From IMG/VR virus record IMGVR_UViG_3300006805_000037, positions 1 to 54,956 of that record: a stretch of DNA of 54,956 nt; one strand, 5' to 3'. The notes below the pieces were generated by a model that saw only the letters and a program-made list of their open reading frames with translations, had not been told where the DNA came from and searched no databases. The DNA comes from a virus. Its lineage: Duplodnaviria; Caudoviricetes. A program made the translations under genes and the position numbers. This document shows positions 35,468 through 45,105 of this stretch, one piece after another; position 1 is the stretch's first letter, and each line of letters opens with the position of its first letter.

Positions 35468-35543
35468 GGGTATTCTTCCGGGTTTTCTTTACTAAAATAG
35501 CCTGAGTGCGATTGTCTCAAATGGGGCTATGCCAAATGAGAAT

Positions 35544-35783
35544 TCAACGGGTTTGATTGTCTATTGCTGGCCTGTAGTTCTTGAACGGTGGGCGGTTGGT
35601 ATTGGGCAGAATGCGGCCCCGATAATAGGTGCCGGGGTATGGGTTATTCGGTACTAGTTTCTCGGATTGAAGGGTACGGGTGTCGGGGGCATGATGCTCT
35701 GAGGAATTGGCGCGTGCGCGGGTTGCCCAAAGGGCTAGGGCTACAATCGCGATTGCCAGAATATAGCGTTCGGCCGTGGTCAT
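35544..35783 (-). CDS. Hypothetical protein with signal-peptide-like N-terminus
   Basis: YILAIAIVALALWATRARA. Confidence 0.55.
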   Translation of the reverse strand: MTTAERYILAIAIVALALWATRARANSSEHHAPDTRTLQSEKLVPNNPYPGTYYRGRILPNTNRPPFKNYRPAIDNQTR

Positions 35784-35785
35784 GC

Positions 35786-36289
35786 TTACGCCCCGTTTTC
35801 GGGCGTGCGATATTGGCCGGTTTCTGTTACCGGGCCTTTGAACGGTTTGGTGCCTTCGCGGGGTTGGCTCATGAGCGAACCGTCGCCGGGTTCTGGCTTG
35901 GGATTGTATGCGTTCAGCGCCAGTACGATGGTCGCTATGTTATCGGTGACCTTGTCGAAAAACTTGCCTTCGGTGCTGGCGGCGCAAAGGCGGCTGAGTT
36001 CATCGGCTAGTTTCTGGGCGTAGCCCTCGGGGACCGGCTGGGCAACCTGAGCGGGCTTTGCGAACAAGTCCCTGATGGCCGCTTCGCTGAGTTCTGGCGC
36101 TTCCGCTATAACTAACTCGGGGCGGCCTTGCTCAGCTATCTCAGCGATGTTCTGAAGGAATGTTTCCAGAAGGTTGAGGCCAGCTTGTGAAGCCTTGAGT
36201 ACATCAGCCGGTTGCGGTTCGGGTACGGCTATGGCCCGTATCAGGTTTATGTTGGCGGCAATGCTGGCGCGCGTGCGTTCGTTGCTCAT
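35786..36289 (-). CDS. Hypothetical phage protein
   Basis: GAGAGGG RBS before MSNERT. Confidence 0.6.
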   Translation of the reverse strand: MSNERTRASIAANINLIRAIAVPEPQPADVLKASQAGLNLLETFLQNIAEIAEQGRPELVIAEAPELSEAAIRDLFAKPAQVAQPVPEGYAQKLADELSRLCAASTEGKFFDKVTDNIATIVLALNAYNPKPEPGDGSLMSQPREGTKPFKGPVTETGQYRTPENGA

Positions 36290-36615
36290 GGTTTGGCCCT
36301 CTCGTTCCTTGCCGTCCCCTAAGCCCCCGCCGGAACGCTGGGCGGAAGTCATTGCATGAATTTTTTCAGTTGCAAAGCTTGTCGAGTCGGATGGCTGGCG
36401 TTGCTCACAGGCTGAGCGAATGCGCTGCCATCGGCCTGATGTTCAAGAAGCTGAGTCTTTGCGGGGGTTTCTCGGGGGCCATATACCGTGCGCCTTGGCG
36501 GGTAATTCCGGGGCGGTATATATACCGGCGGCCGGGGGTGGCCGGGAAAGCCGGGCTTGCCGGGATTTCGGCCGGGGCGGCCGGGGCCGGAACTTAGGGG
36601 GTTTCAGGGCCTCCC

Positions 36616-36726
36616 AGAACCATGCCCAGCGGCCCAGAAACCGGGTCTGTGTGCGTTTCCGGCCCCGGCCCGGTACCTGACCCCAGCCGGGGGCCGGTCA
36701 GGGCCTCCCTAGGCCGCCCCTGAGGG
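36616..36726. repeat. Dispersed intergenic element, copy C
   Basis: AGAACCATGCCCAGCGGCC and AGGCCGCCCCTGAGGG are shared with copy D; the 29-nt core is shared with copy B. Confidence 0.85.
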
Positions 36727-36759
36727 TTCCGGGTTCAAGTGACTTTCGGGTATCCCGCC

Positions 36760-38622
36760 TTATCGGCTGAGGCTGACCCGCGCGCCGTTTTCGTCACGCG
36801 TGACCTTGAGAACGCCCGCCATGCGGTTCGTGTCAACGGCCTGATGATCGATATAAAAAACCTGTTGGCGCGTTGCGCGGTCAATGAGGAAGTCGGCCGT
36901 GTCACGCACGCCTTCGGGTGATAGGTGGCGCGTCGGTTCGTCAAGGACCAGCAGTTCGCATTTCACCCCGGCGCGCCTGAGCAAGACTTCGCTCAGGGCA
37001 ACAGCACCAATGAGCCTGAGGCGCTGCGCCTCTCCTCCGCTGAACAATTCCCATTTGACCGCACGGTCGAATTCCGGCTGAAAGATGCTGACATTGAGGC
37101 CGGGCTTGACAGTGCCGGTTTTAGTTTCCTTGTCGATGTCATAGCGTACGCGCCAGCTATCCAGCCCGACCGAACTCAGCAATGTTTGCGTCACGCCTTC
37201 CAGTTCAGCAAGAACCTCATCAATGAGGTACAGGCGGACCTGCTTAAACCCATCGATCCAGTACCGTGTCAGCCCGATGCGCTTGTCCAGCTTGCTCAGT
37301 TTCTTGCTGAGCGCTGCCTTATCGGCTTTCGCGTTATTCAAATCCAGCCTAGCTGTTGCCACGAGCGCGGCATACGGGTTTAACTTCTCCTCGTTTTCGG
37401 TGCGCACTTTCTTGTAGGCGTCAAGTTCGGCCTTCACGCGATTGACGTTGCCCTGAGCGCGCGTGCGCGCGTCAACAGCATCGTTGCTGGCGTTCCTGAA
37501 CTTCCTGATGTCAGTGGCGTGCTGGTCTTCACGCGCGCGGGCTTCGTTATCCAGCTTCTTGGCGGCTTCGACCTTATCGCGGGCCGCATCGGTTCTGGCC
37601 TTGGCTTCGTCCAGTTCGTCAAGGATAGAATTAAGGTGAGCCTTCATGGCCTTGGCGTTGAGTTTCGTTCCGCAGTATGAGCAAGCATCGCCGTCCTGAT
37701 GCTTCTCACGCTTCACAATCAGGTCGTTCTCAGCGCGAACGGCCGCGTCAAGTCTGGCCTTGGCGTTCGCAAGCGCATTGATATGCACGCGCGCGTCGGC
37801 TTGGGCTTGGTCAAGCGATGCTTGCGAATGCCTCAGTTCGGTTTCGGCGCTATCGAAGGCAAGGTCTGCATCACCAAGGTTGCGTTGGTGCTTTTCCAAC
37901 TGTTTTTCCAGATCTAAAATTGTCCGACGCTTCACTTCGTCGGCGTCAGCGCGTTCGTTTTCCCACGCACGCGACTTTACCTTCAGGTCCTCTATTGCAT
38001 CTTCGGCCTTTTCTATCGAGCGCAGGCATGACTGGTAGTCTGCGTCGACCCGAGTCCGATCGGACTCCAGCGTAGTGGCCTTCTTGCGAGCGCGGCCAAT
38101 ACGATCGTCCCACTTGTTCAGGTTTAGTGTTTCGGATAGCACGTCCATCTTTTCAGTGGCGGTCAGGTCGAAAAACAACGCCTTGCCCTGCCCAAGGACG
38201 ATTGTGTGCAGGAAGTTTGCAAAGCTTAAGCCAATAAGCCTGTCAATGGTTTCCTGAGATACGACTTTGCCATCAAGCCATAGACCGTTACTGACCCCTT
38301 TGCGCCTGATAACGTACCTGTCAAGTTCCGACATAGTAGGTCCGGCCGAAATAGTCAGGCTGGCTTCAGGCGGTTTGGCCCCCTCATGCCATCCCTTCAT
38401 ATCCGGGGTTCTGTGCCCGCCGATGCTGCGGCCGTATAGAACCCAGCTAAGGCAATCGAATATAGTGGACTTCGCAGCGCCATTGCTGCCTAGGCGTGGG
38501 CTTACTAGGTTCGTGCCTTTGACGAACCAAAGCCCCAAGCCCATCCGTTCAAGCGGAATGCGCGCCGGGTCCCGATAAGCTTTGAATGATACAATTTCCA
38601 GCGCGTCGAAGAACAGATGCAT
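36760..38622 (-). CDS. SbcC/Rad50/gp46-like SMC ATPase
   Basis: Walker A GSNGAAKS, Q-loop LGQG, coiled coils with CSYC zinc hook, FSGGE signature, LVLDEP. Confidence 0.92.
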   Translation of the reverse strand: MHLFFDALEIVSFKAYRDPARIPLERMGLGLWFVKGTNLVSPRLGSNGAAKSTIFDCLSWVLYGRSIGGHRTPDMKGWHEGAKPPEASLTISAGPTMSELDRYVIRRKGVSNGLWLDGKVVSQETIDRLIGLSFANFLHTIVLGQGKALFFDLTATEKMDVLSETLNLNKWDDRIGRARKKATTLESDRTRVDADYQSCLRSIEKAEDAIEDLKVKSRAWENERADADEVKRRTILDLEKQLEKHQRNLGDADLAFDSAETELRHSQASLDQAQADARVHINALANAKARLDAAVRAENDLIVKREKHQDGDACSYCGTKLNAKAMKAHLNSILDELDEAKARTDAARDKVEAAKKLDNEARAREDQHATDIRKFRNASNDAVDARTRAQGNVNRVKAELDAYKKVRTENEEKLNPYAALVATARLDLNNAKADKAALSKKLSKLDKRIGLTRYWIDGFKQVRLYLIDEVLAELEGVTQTLLSSVGLDSWRVRYDIDKETKTGTVKPGLNVSIFQPEFDRAVKWELFSGGEAQRLRLIGAVALSEVLLRRAGVKCELLVLDEPTRHLSPEGVRDTADFLIDRATRQQVFYIDHQAVDTNRMAGVLKVTRDENGARVSLSR

Positions 38623-38623
38623 T

Positions 38624-38881
38624 TCATATCCCCAAAGCTTTCTCAATTGCGTAGCGTTCGCATCGCTTGAATAAGCGCCATTGTGCGCGGTCGTCGCTGG
38701 CAAGCCCGCTTCGCTTCCAAATGCGCCGCCTGCGCTGATACGCCTTCCGCATTTTAGATGGCACGGCAACCCAATGCTTATGGCAAACGAAGTTGGTGTA
38801 CTCAGCTACAGGGTCGCCTTTGCGGTCCCCTCGCGAGCATCGGCAATACGGAACGCTACACATCAGCCGCATGCCGCGCAC
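38624..38881 (-). CDS. Small Cys/His zinc-binding protein
   Basis: CSVPYC...CHKHW. Confidence 0.6.
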   Translation of the reverse strand: MRGMRLMCSVPYCRCSRGDRKGDPVAEYTNFVCHKHWVAVPSKMRKAYQRRRRIWKRSGLASDDRAQWRLFKRCERYAIEKALGI

Positions 38882-38885
38882 CCCG

Positions 38886-39188
38886 TTAGGCTGTGCCTAC
38901 GTCTGGAACCGTAGGCGACGGAATGACAGGCGGCTCGCCGCCATACAGCGAGTGCGTAGCATCGTGTAGGTAGTTTCCCAAATGAGTAGAAACCTTGCAG
39001 GCAGTGTGCTGGTCATGGGATTTGGAAACTATGAGAACTGCGAATGCCAGCCCCACTGTTGCAACAAACTCTTCCGGCGTGATGCCCTTGCTAAACGCTT
39101 TCAGCAAGTCGACCATGGCATCAGCTTCGCGCTCGCGCGCTAAATCATTCATAACGTTGAACGCGTACGGCTCTGAGAAAATGCTCAT
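38886..39188 (-). CDS. Hypothetical phage protein
   Basis: ATGA-coupled to the nuclease gene. Confidence 0.6.
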   Translation of the reverse strand: MSIFSEPYAFNVMNDLAREREADAMVDLLKAFSKGITPEEFVATVGLAFAVLIVSKSHDQHTACKVSTHLGNYLHDATHSLYGGEPPVIPSPTVPDVGTA

Positions 39189-40225
39189 TTGCCCGAGTCC
39201 TTATCTTCAAGCAGGTCTAAGCCCTCATCTAGCGTATCGTCGTCCAGCCTATGCCTATCCGCGAACTGCATCAATATCTCTTTATCGCTTATCGCGCTTT
39301 CCCCACTTTGAACTTTGGTACTGGCGCGCTTTGTGCGATTGGCTATTACAGGCTCAACACGTTCGGCGCGCGCGCCTAGCTTCTTGGCCTGAGCGTGCAC
39401 GATATTGACGATAGCGTTCCACGCCGTCATGTCATCAACGTCAACGCGAACCTTTAGAATATCGCCGCTGCCTATCTTGGACTTATAGTCCATCAAGTCC
39501 TTGCCGGGATGAACGTGAATTAGCGTCTTCTGCGGAAGGTGGCCGACCGAACGCCATCGGACTTGGTCTTCCTTCAGCAACAGCAGGCGCGGGTCGTAGT
39601 CGTCGCCGAAGTCAACGGTGTACGGCGCACCGATATATTCAACCGGCCCAACCTTCTGCGGGTTGTGAACGTCACCGGCAATAACCTGATGCCCTTTGAA
39701 TATCTCAACGGGTATGCCCTCAAGCTTGCGGCCGTACCCGGTGTCCGCGCCGTCAAACGTGTTGTGAGCGAATATGCAATCGTAGTCGCCCCATCCGTTC
39801 TTGATATAAGAAGCCCATTCCGCTTTGTAGTTTCGCGTGTGCGGCAAGAAAAGATAATGCCCGAACGCCTTGCTGAACGGCGCGCCCAGCTTCCGGCCTT
39901 CGGTGACACTATCGATGAACCTGAGATTTTCGATATGGCTGACGAAGCCGAAGAACGGATGCCCTTCGTCGTGGTAGTCGTGGTTGCCCATGAGAATGAG
40001 AGTCGGGGCAAGCCGGGATATGGCGTCCAGCGCGTTGACAACGCGGTTGACCAGCCGGGCGCTATGCCGGTCTTTTTCTTCGGTCAGGTCACCTAGAATG
40101 ACGACTCCGTCGACCGCAGCCTTGCTGTTCCGTATCTCATCAATGAAATGCTTTTCAATGAATTCAAAGCGGTAGTCGTCAAGCTTCAGGTCGGTCAGGT
40201 GCAGGTCGGTTGTCCCGATTATCAT
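39185..40225 (-). CDS. SbcD/Mre11/gp47-like metallophosphoesterase nuclease
   Basis: TDLH, LGD, GNHD, FAH, GDVH motifs; near the SbcC-like gene. Confidence 0.9.
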   Translation of the reverse strand: MIIGTTDLHLTDLKLDDYRFEFIEKHFIDEIRNSKAAVDGVVILGDLTEEKDRHSARLVNRVVNALDAISRLAPTLILMGNHDYHDEGHPFFGFVSHIENLRFIDSVTEGRKLGAPFSKAFGHYLFLPHTRNYKAEWASYIKNGWGDYDCIFAHNTFDGADTGYGRKLEGIPVEIFKGHQVIAGDVHNPQKVGPVEYIGAPYTVDFGDDYDPRLLLLKEDQVRWRSVGHLPQKTLIHVHPGKDLMDYKSKIGSGDILKVRVDVDDMTAWNAIVNIVHAQAKKLGARAERVEPVIANRTKRASTKVQSGESAISDKEILMQFADRHRLDDDTLDEGLDLLEDKDSGK

Positions 40226-40228
40226 AAC

Positions 40229-40453
40229 TCAGTGCTTCTTTCCCATGTCAGGACCGGGTGCGAAGCCGAACCGTTGGTTAGCGCCAGAGCCAACGCCGCC
40301 AATCATTTCTGCGAGCGTCATGCTCATGTCGATAATTTCGCCACTTTCGAACCTCACGCGAAGGAAGGGTTTGTTCGCAAGCGACCCGACACGCTGTATT
40401 TCCTTCGCGTCGTCAATGATTTCGATATTTGCCATTCCGTTGAACTTGGTCAT
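40229..40453 (-). CDS. Hypothetical phage protein
   Basis: ATGA coupling and AGGGAG RBS. Confidence 0.55.
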   Translation of the reverse strand: MTKFNGMANIEIIDDAKEIQRVGSLANKPFLRVRFESGEIIDMSMTLAEMIGGVGSGANQRFGFAPGPDMGKKH

Positions 40454-41136
40454 TGCTTGCTCCCTTTTATCGGCCTGATGATACGCTTCGGTTTCTGAGT
40501 TCTGAACACGCGCGGGGCGCTCATTGGCGGCGGCGCAGCGTATGAAGTCGAGAACGGGTCTTCTCCGGGCATGAGCCACCGCGCGCCTTGCGGAAGTGAT
40601 ATTTTGATGAACGGCATCTTCAGGACGGCTTCAAAGTCGTGTATGTCAACGTTCATGCTTCTGACACTGGCAATCTGTGTGGACCAGTGCAGAAGAAAAA
40701 CGTCACTGCGCATGTGCATCGGCATATGCTTGACAGCATGCGCGACAATGACAGTGGTTGCCCCCCGGTCCTCCCGAGCTATTAACATCGGAAGTTTGTC
40801 AAAAGATGCGGCATGCTCGCATGTTTCACGCCAGAAAGTCGCCAGCGGTCCTGCGTTCTTCAGCATGAACCCGGCATAGTTCAGGTCAGCGTAGCGCTTG
40901 CACTCGATGTACCATGTATTTGTCAGCGCGTGCCCGTCCTCGTGAGTAGCGCTGATGTCACCAGCATGCGCGGCAAGGTCCGCTCCCTTCCGCTTGCCAA
41001 CGGTTGCCCGGCCGCCGCTCATAGCTGCTCTCCAAAAAAGGTCCTCCCTAGCCCCGGCCGAAACCCATTTAGAAAGCAATACACAAATTTCACGCTCAAA
41101 CTGAGAACCCTTTTGCTTTCCACCACCGGCGCGCAT
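40450..41136 (-). CDS. Holliday junction resolvase (Hjc-like PD-(D/E)xK)
   Basis: KGSQFEREI, SGG, GDI, IECK. Confidence 0.8.
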   Translation of the reverse strand: MRAGGGKQKGSQFEREICVLLSKWVSAGAREDLFWRAAMSGGRATVGKRKGADLAAHAGDISATHEDGHALTNTWYIECKRYADLNYAGFMLKNAGPLATFWRETCEHAASFDKLPMLIAREDRGATTVIVAHAVKHMPMHMRSDVFLLHWSTQIASVRSMNVDIHDFEAVLKMPFIKISLPQGARWLMPGEDPFSTSYAAPPPMSAPRVFRTQKPKRIIRPIKGSKQ

Positions 41137-41621
41137 CAGTAATTCCTCCCCGTAAAGCGGCCATCTGTGCCGTTGATACCATAGCTTTGCCGCTCAGGGT
41201 GCGTTCGTTTTGTTTTGCTTATCTTCTTTCTAACCGCAAACGGACGTGGCCGACCGCGCAAGGCTTCCGCGTAGCGCGCCGCGCCAGCCGTTCCAGCTTT
41301 ATGATGCTTTCCATTTCTAACTCCGTCCTCGTGATTGTCCTTGTGATCCCCCCACGCCAAATTAGAAAGAACGGTTCGACTCGTATTGTCATCTAAGTGA
41401 CGAACTAGATACTTCCCTTCAGGCGGCGGTCCTACATACGTGAGCAAAACTAAATACCCACGCTTGAACCAATTATTTGCGCCATCTTTTCTTAGGCAAA
41501 CATTGGTGCTTGTGCCGCGTAGGGTATAGGTTTTTCCGTTGCGAACAGACCGCACCACGCCTTCCGTACTAATCGAGTAGTTCGCGAAGCCGGGTATTTT
41601 ACGCCATCGTTCCGCCCTCAT
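41136..41621 (-). CDS. NUMOD4-HNH homing endonuclease
   Basis: ERWRKIPGF.NYSIS..G.VRS and VRHLDDN.....LSNLAWG...DN. Confidence 0.88.
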   Translation of the reverse strand: MRAERWRKIPGFANYSISTEGVVRSVRNGKTYTLRGTSTNVCLRKDGANNWFKRGYLVLLTYVGPPPEGKYLVRHLDDNTSRTVLSNLAWGDHKDNHEDGVRNGKHHKAGTAGAARYAEALRGRPRPFAVRKKISKTKRTHPERQSYGINGTDGRFTGRNY

Positions 41622-41851
41622 GTTGGGTCCTTTGTCAGTTCGATGTAACAGTTCACTAGCTGGCGGTTATGGGCCGCGCCGTCGCCCATGAAGATGCGGC
41701 CTATGACCTTGTACGGCTTCAGGGCTTCCTTGCCAGCCTCGGGGCTGAGCATCACAAGTTCCTGAGCATTCGGGACGGCGTGCCACGCGCGCTTGGTGAA
41801 TAGCTTGCCGTCAAGATAGAACCGAACGTCTATAGCGCCCTTGCTGGTCAT
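41618..41851 (-). CDS. Hypothetical phage protein
   Basis: Start MTSKG overlaps the upstream TGA. Confidence 0.55.
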   Translation of the reverse strand: MTSKGAIDVRFYLDGKLFTKRAWHAVPNAQELVMLSPEAGKEALKPYKVIGRIFMGDGAAHNRQLVNCYIELTKDPT

Positions 41852-42036
41852 TTTTTCCACCGCGCTTTCTTCGTTCCGTTGTTCACGCGGCCGGTCTTCC
41901 ATTGCCGTTCCATGACCGCGCGTAGCTCAGGCCCAGAAAGATGAGCGCGCGGGGGCGCGTTTATCTCAGGCCCGTTTTCTGGATTGAGCGGGCGCTGAAT
42001 GCGTTTCGGTTCTTTCGGTCGCTTCCCCCGCGCCAT
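41848..42036 (-). CDS. Small basic hypothetical protein
   Basis: Fills the gap between neighbours with coupled or adjacent ends. Confidence 0.5.
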   Translation of the reverse strand: MARGKRPKEPKRIQRPLNPENGPEINAPPRAHLSGPELRAVMERQWKTGRVNNGTKKARWKK

Positions 42037-42039
42037 GGC

Positions 42040-42660
42040 TTAGCCGTACATGCCGGGAAATTCGACTTCGATGTTCTCATGTTCACTGAGTTCGTCCGCA
42101 AGGTCCTTTGCGGCTTGCATCACATCGACCCCCGCGTCCTTGGCGTTTTCAAGTTCGTTCAGAAACTCAATAACGTCTTTGACGATGCTAGTCGCATTGC
42201 CCAAGCGCATTGACCGGCCGACGCCGCGCCCCTTGCGGGTCGAAACCATTTTGGTGAGCGTCGAAATGGTTTTGTTCTTGAGAACTTCAGGAACATCCGG
42301 GCATTCGGTGTGCGAGTCGAGTTCTTGCTGAGCGGTATCCGCCGTCTCATACTTCGGCAGATGTTCCATGCCGCTCATGTTATCGACAATCTCTTGCATT
42401 TCGTCGCGCAAGCTTTCGATCTCGGAAAACGCGTCCTGAAGGGCTTGCTCAATGGTGCACTCAGGGATGGCTTGCGACTTATACGCCGGGCGGTACTTGC
42501 CCTTCTTGGGCGGTTGGCTGACGGCCGGGCGCGCGCTGGGCGTGCGGCCGGTTTGCGCGCCCTTACGCACCTTGACGCGCATAACAGCGCCCTTCGGCAT
42601 TTTCTTTTTGCTGAAGGGGCGAGTGGTCGACTTCTTGGGCTTCTTGCCTTTTCTAGCCAT
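42040..42660 (-). CDS. Hypothetical protein with very basic N-terminus and acidic helical C-terminus
   Basis: AAGGAAG RBS; ends in VEFPGMYG. Confidence 0.65.
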   Translation of the reverse strand: MARKGKKPKKSTTRPFSKKKMPKGAVMRVKVRKGAQTGRTPSARPAVSQPPKKGKYRPAYKSQAIPECTIEQALQDAFSEIESLRDEMQEIVDNMSGMEHLPKYETADTAQQELDSHTECPDVPEVLKNKTISTLTKMVSTRKGRGVGRSMRLGNATSIVKDVIEFLNELENAKDAGVDVMQAAKDLADELSEHENIEVEFPGMYG

Positions 42661-42686
42661 AGTTCTTCCTTTCAATGCTGCCAGCG

Positions 42687-43712
42687 TTAGCCGTACTTCG
42701 ACCTTGATGTTAGCGACTTGCGTTCGATTTCATACCAAACCGAAGTGCAGGCCGCCTTCAACGCGCTCATTTCTTTAGCCATGACATCGCTCGGCTGCTC
42801 AAGCAGATAGTTGAGGAAGCCCTTCACTTCGTCGGCGCGAATGTCGACCATCTTCAGCCGTTTGGTTTCGTTAAGAAAGTCAACCATGGATTGTGCGTCG
42901 TCGAGGCCGTAGCCAAAGCGGATTTGGTACAGGGCTTCGCGGTACGGAAGCCCAACCTTGTTCTTGTCAATGCTGGCCTTGATTTTGATGCCGGTAGCTC
43001 GCTTCTGCCCCAAGAACGTTTGCGTCAAGCGCCCAACATTCGCCAGCACGGCAACTTGCGATGCGTAGAAGTCGAGTGCCCGGCCGCCTGAGCGCGTCCA
43101 CTTGCGCGCAGGCCCGAACGCGCCGATGTTGTCTCTCACTTGAGAAACAATAATGAGCGTAACGCGCTTCTTCTCCATCTGCGATATGAGGCGTCTGAAC
43201 AGTTGGCTGAGAAGCTTCGCTTTTGCAGCGCCGTATGTTCCTTCGTCCATCGCGCGTGCCAATTCGGCGCGGTCACTCAGCGCGTCCAAGCTATCGCACA
43301 CGACCAGTTCATCCTGTTTTGCGCCAGCTACGATGCGCTCAAGGTCCTCAAACAAATCTTCAACCGTATCCAGCGGGTCCCCGAAATCGATGCGCTCAAG
43401 CGGGAAGCCAAGAGCTTGCGCGTATGCATTATCAAACGCGCTTTCGCTTTCCCTGTACCGTATCTTTCCCTTGGGGTACTTGATGGCGAAGTTCGCGCAA
43501 GCTTCAATGCACTGAAGGGTCTTGCCGGTCGACTTGTCGCCTATGATGTTCACAACACGGCCTTCCACCCAGCCACCACCTAGGGCTAGGTCAAACATCG
43601 TGGACCCCGTATGGATGAACCTAAGGTCCGTTTTCGGGCTAGCGAAATAGTTTCCCCCGCCATCGGACTTCCTGACTACACGCTGAACCCTAGCAATTTT
43701 CTTGGCCGCCAT
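42687..43712 (-). CDS. recA: RecA/UvsX-like recombinase
   Basis: TGS..FDLALGGG...GR, Walker A GDKSTGKT, VCDSL, SQVR, SGGRALDFYAS, KNKV. Confidence 0.93.
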   Translation of the reverse strand: MAAKKIARVQRVVRKSDGGGNYFASPKTDLRFIHTGSTMFDLALGGGWVEGRVVNIIGDKSTGKTLQCIEACANFAIKYPKGKIRYRESESAFDNAYAQALGFPLERIDFGDPLDTVEDLFEDLERIVAGAKQDELVVCDSLDALSDRAELARAMDEGTYGAAKAKLLSQLFRRLISQMEKKRVTLIIVSQVRDNIGAFGPARKWTRSGGRALDFYASQVAVLANVGRLTQTFLGQKRATGIKIKASIDKNKVGLPYREALYQIRFGYGLDDAQSMVDFLNETKRLKMVDIRADEVKGFLNYLLEQPSDVMAKEMSALKAACTSVWYEIERKSLTSRSKYG

Positions 43713-43737
43713 GTTCTGCCCTTGCTTCTGAGGTTAT

Positions 43738-43761
43738 GGGGACCGCTCTAGAGCGGTCCCC
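43738..43761. other. Perfect 24-bp palindrome (hairpin or operator)
   Basis: GGGGACCGCTCTAGAGCGGTCCCC between the SSB-like and recA genes. Confidence 0.7.
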
Positions 43762-43801
43762 GATTGCCTATCCCTTAAGGAACGTTCGAAATGAGCGCGC
43801 C

Positions 43802-45076
43802 TTAACGTCGCCGGGGGCGGTCGTCATCTTCGTCACGCCTTGACCGGCGCGGCGGTTCGTCATCTTCTTCGTCCCTTCCACGGCGGCGGGAGCGCGGCTC
43901 TTCTTCTTCGTCCCTTCCCCGGCTGTAACGTGCAGGCGGTTCGTCATCTTCTTCGTCCCTTCCCCGGCGTGCCGGGCGTTCCTCATCGCGGCCACGGCTC
44001 AGCCGGTCGCCACGCGTTGAGCGCGTATCCTCCTCGTCGCCGTCATCTTCACGGCCACGGCGGGAACGCGCGGGCGGTTCGTCATCTTCCTCGTCCTCGC
44101 GGTCACGGCCCCGGCGAACCGGCCGGTCATCATCTTCTTCTTCGTCCCGGTATCTGTCACGGCCGCGTGGTTCGTCACGGTCATGGCCGCCGCGTCCGCC
44201 GCGCCGGTCATCATCTTCCAAGTCCCGGTCACGCTCACGCGTGCCGCCGTCAAGCGCCTTGGCAATCGTTTCGTTATCAACGTAGCGAAGCAAGTCGGGA
44301 ATTGGGTTCTCATCGATATAGGCGAGAATTTCGTCCTGAACATCCGGGTCCGCGTCAATGGGCGACTCGTCCCGGTCAACGACATAGGTATAGCGGGTGT
44401 TCAGGCCCTTGCCGGTGCGCTTGACGAACAAGTCCCATCCGGCGTTTTCGTCATCGATGTACAGCGTCGTATTTGTTTTCTTGATAGTCGACGCGTCAGC
44501 GATTTCCTTGTCTTGGTTCCATGAGATAACCCAAACCTTCGGCGTTGGCTTGCGGTCGTCACGGTCCAAGATATACATGATGGACTTCTTCTTGACGGCC
44601 ATCTTCTTGGAGTCTTCGTCCTCACCGGCCGCCTTGAGTTCCTTGGCTTCGTCGCAAGCCGCGCATGGCTTGCCGTAAGTTTTGTTCGGGCAGATGTACG
44701 TCGACCCGCTTGAGCCGATGAACGAATGCACGAAAACGTCATAGCCATAATGCTCAGCATCAGGCCATGTCGGCGGAAGAACGCGCACGCAATTCTCGCC
44801 CGGCTTTGGAAACCATTGTTCAACGCCTGACTTGAAAATGGTGTCGAAGTTGCCCGCCGTTTGTTCGGCGCGCTTGCGGACGTTATCGGCCGAACGATGG
44901 CCGCCCCGGCGTGAGCTACCGCCGCCCTTGGGTCCCCGGCGTGGTTCGTCACGGTCACGCCCCCGGTCCCTATCGCGGCCCCGGTCGGAGTCGCGCTCAC
45001 GGCCGCGCGGTTCATCCCGGTCGCGGCCCCTTGGTTCGTCCCGGTCACGGGACCGGCTTCGTTCTTCTCTTGCCAT
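43802..45076 (-). CDS. Single-stranded DNA-binding protein (gp32-like core) with R/D/E-rich repetitive termini
   Basis: Core GENCVRVLPP...H...CP...KPCAAC...GWDLFVKRTGKG..TRY; next to recA and the UvsY-like gene. Confidence 0.7.
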   Translation of the reverse strand: MAREERSRSRDRDEPRGRDRDEPRGRERDSDRGRDRDRGRDRDEPRRGPKGGGSSRRGGHRSADNVRKRAEQTAGNFDTIFKSGVEQWFPKPGENCVRVLPPTWPDAEHYGYDVFVHSFIGSSGSTYICPNKTYGKPCAACDEAKELKAAGEDEDSKKMAVKKKSIMYILDRDDRKPTPKVWVISWNQDKEIADASTIKKTNTTLYIDDENAGWDLFVKRTGKGLNTRYTYVVDRDESPIDADPDVQDEILAYIDENPIPDLLRYVDNETIAKALDGGTRERDRDLEDDDRRGGRGGHDRDEPRGRDRYRDEEEDDDRPVRRGRDREDEEDDEPPARSRRGREDDGDEEDTRSTRGDRLSRGRDEERPARRGRDEEDDEPPARYSRGRDEEEEPRSRRRGRDEEDDEPPRRSRRDEDDDRPRRR

Positions 45077-45105
45077 CTTGGTAGTACCTTTCTTCAGTTG
45101 AACGT

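Noticed and set aside
35515-35540. TTGGCATAGCCCCATTTG as a sigma54 promoter upstream of terS
   Set aside because: Lacks the required GC exactly 10 nt after the GG.
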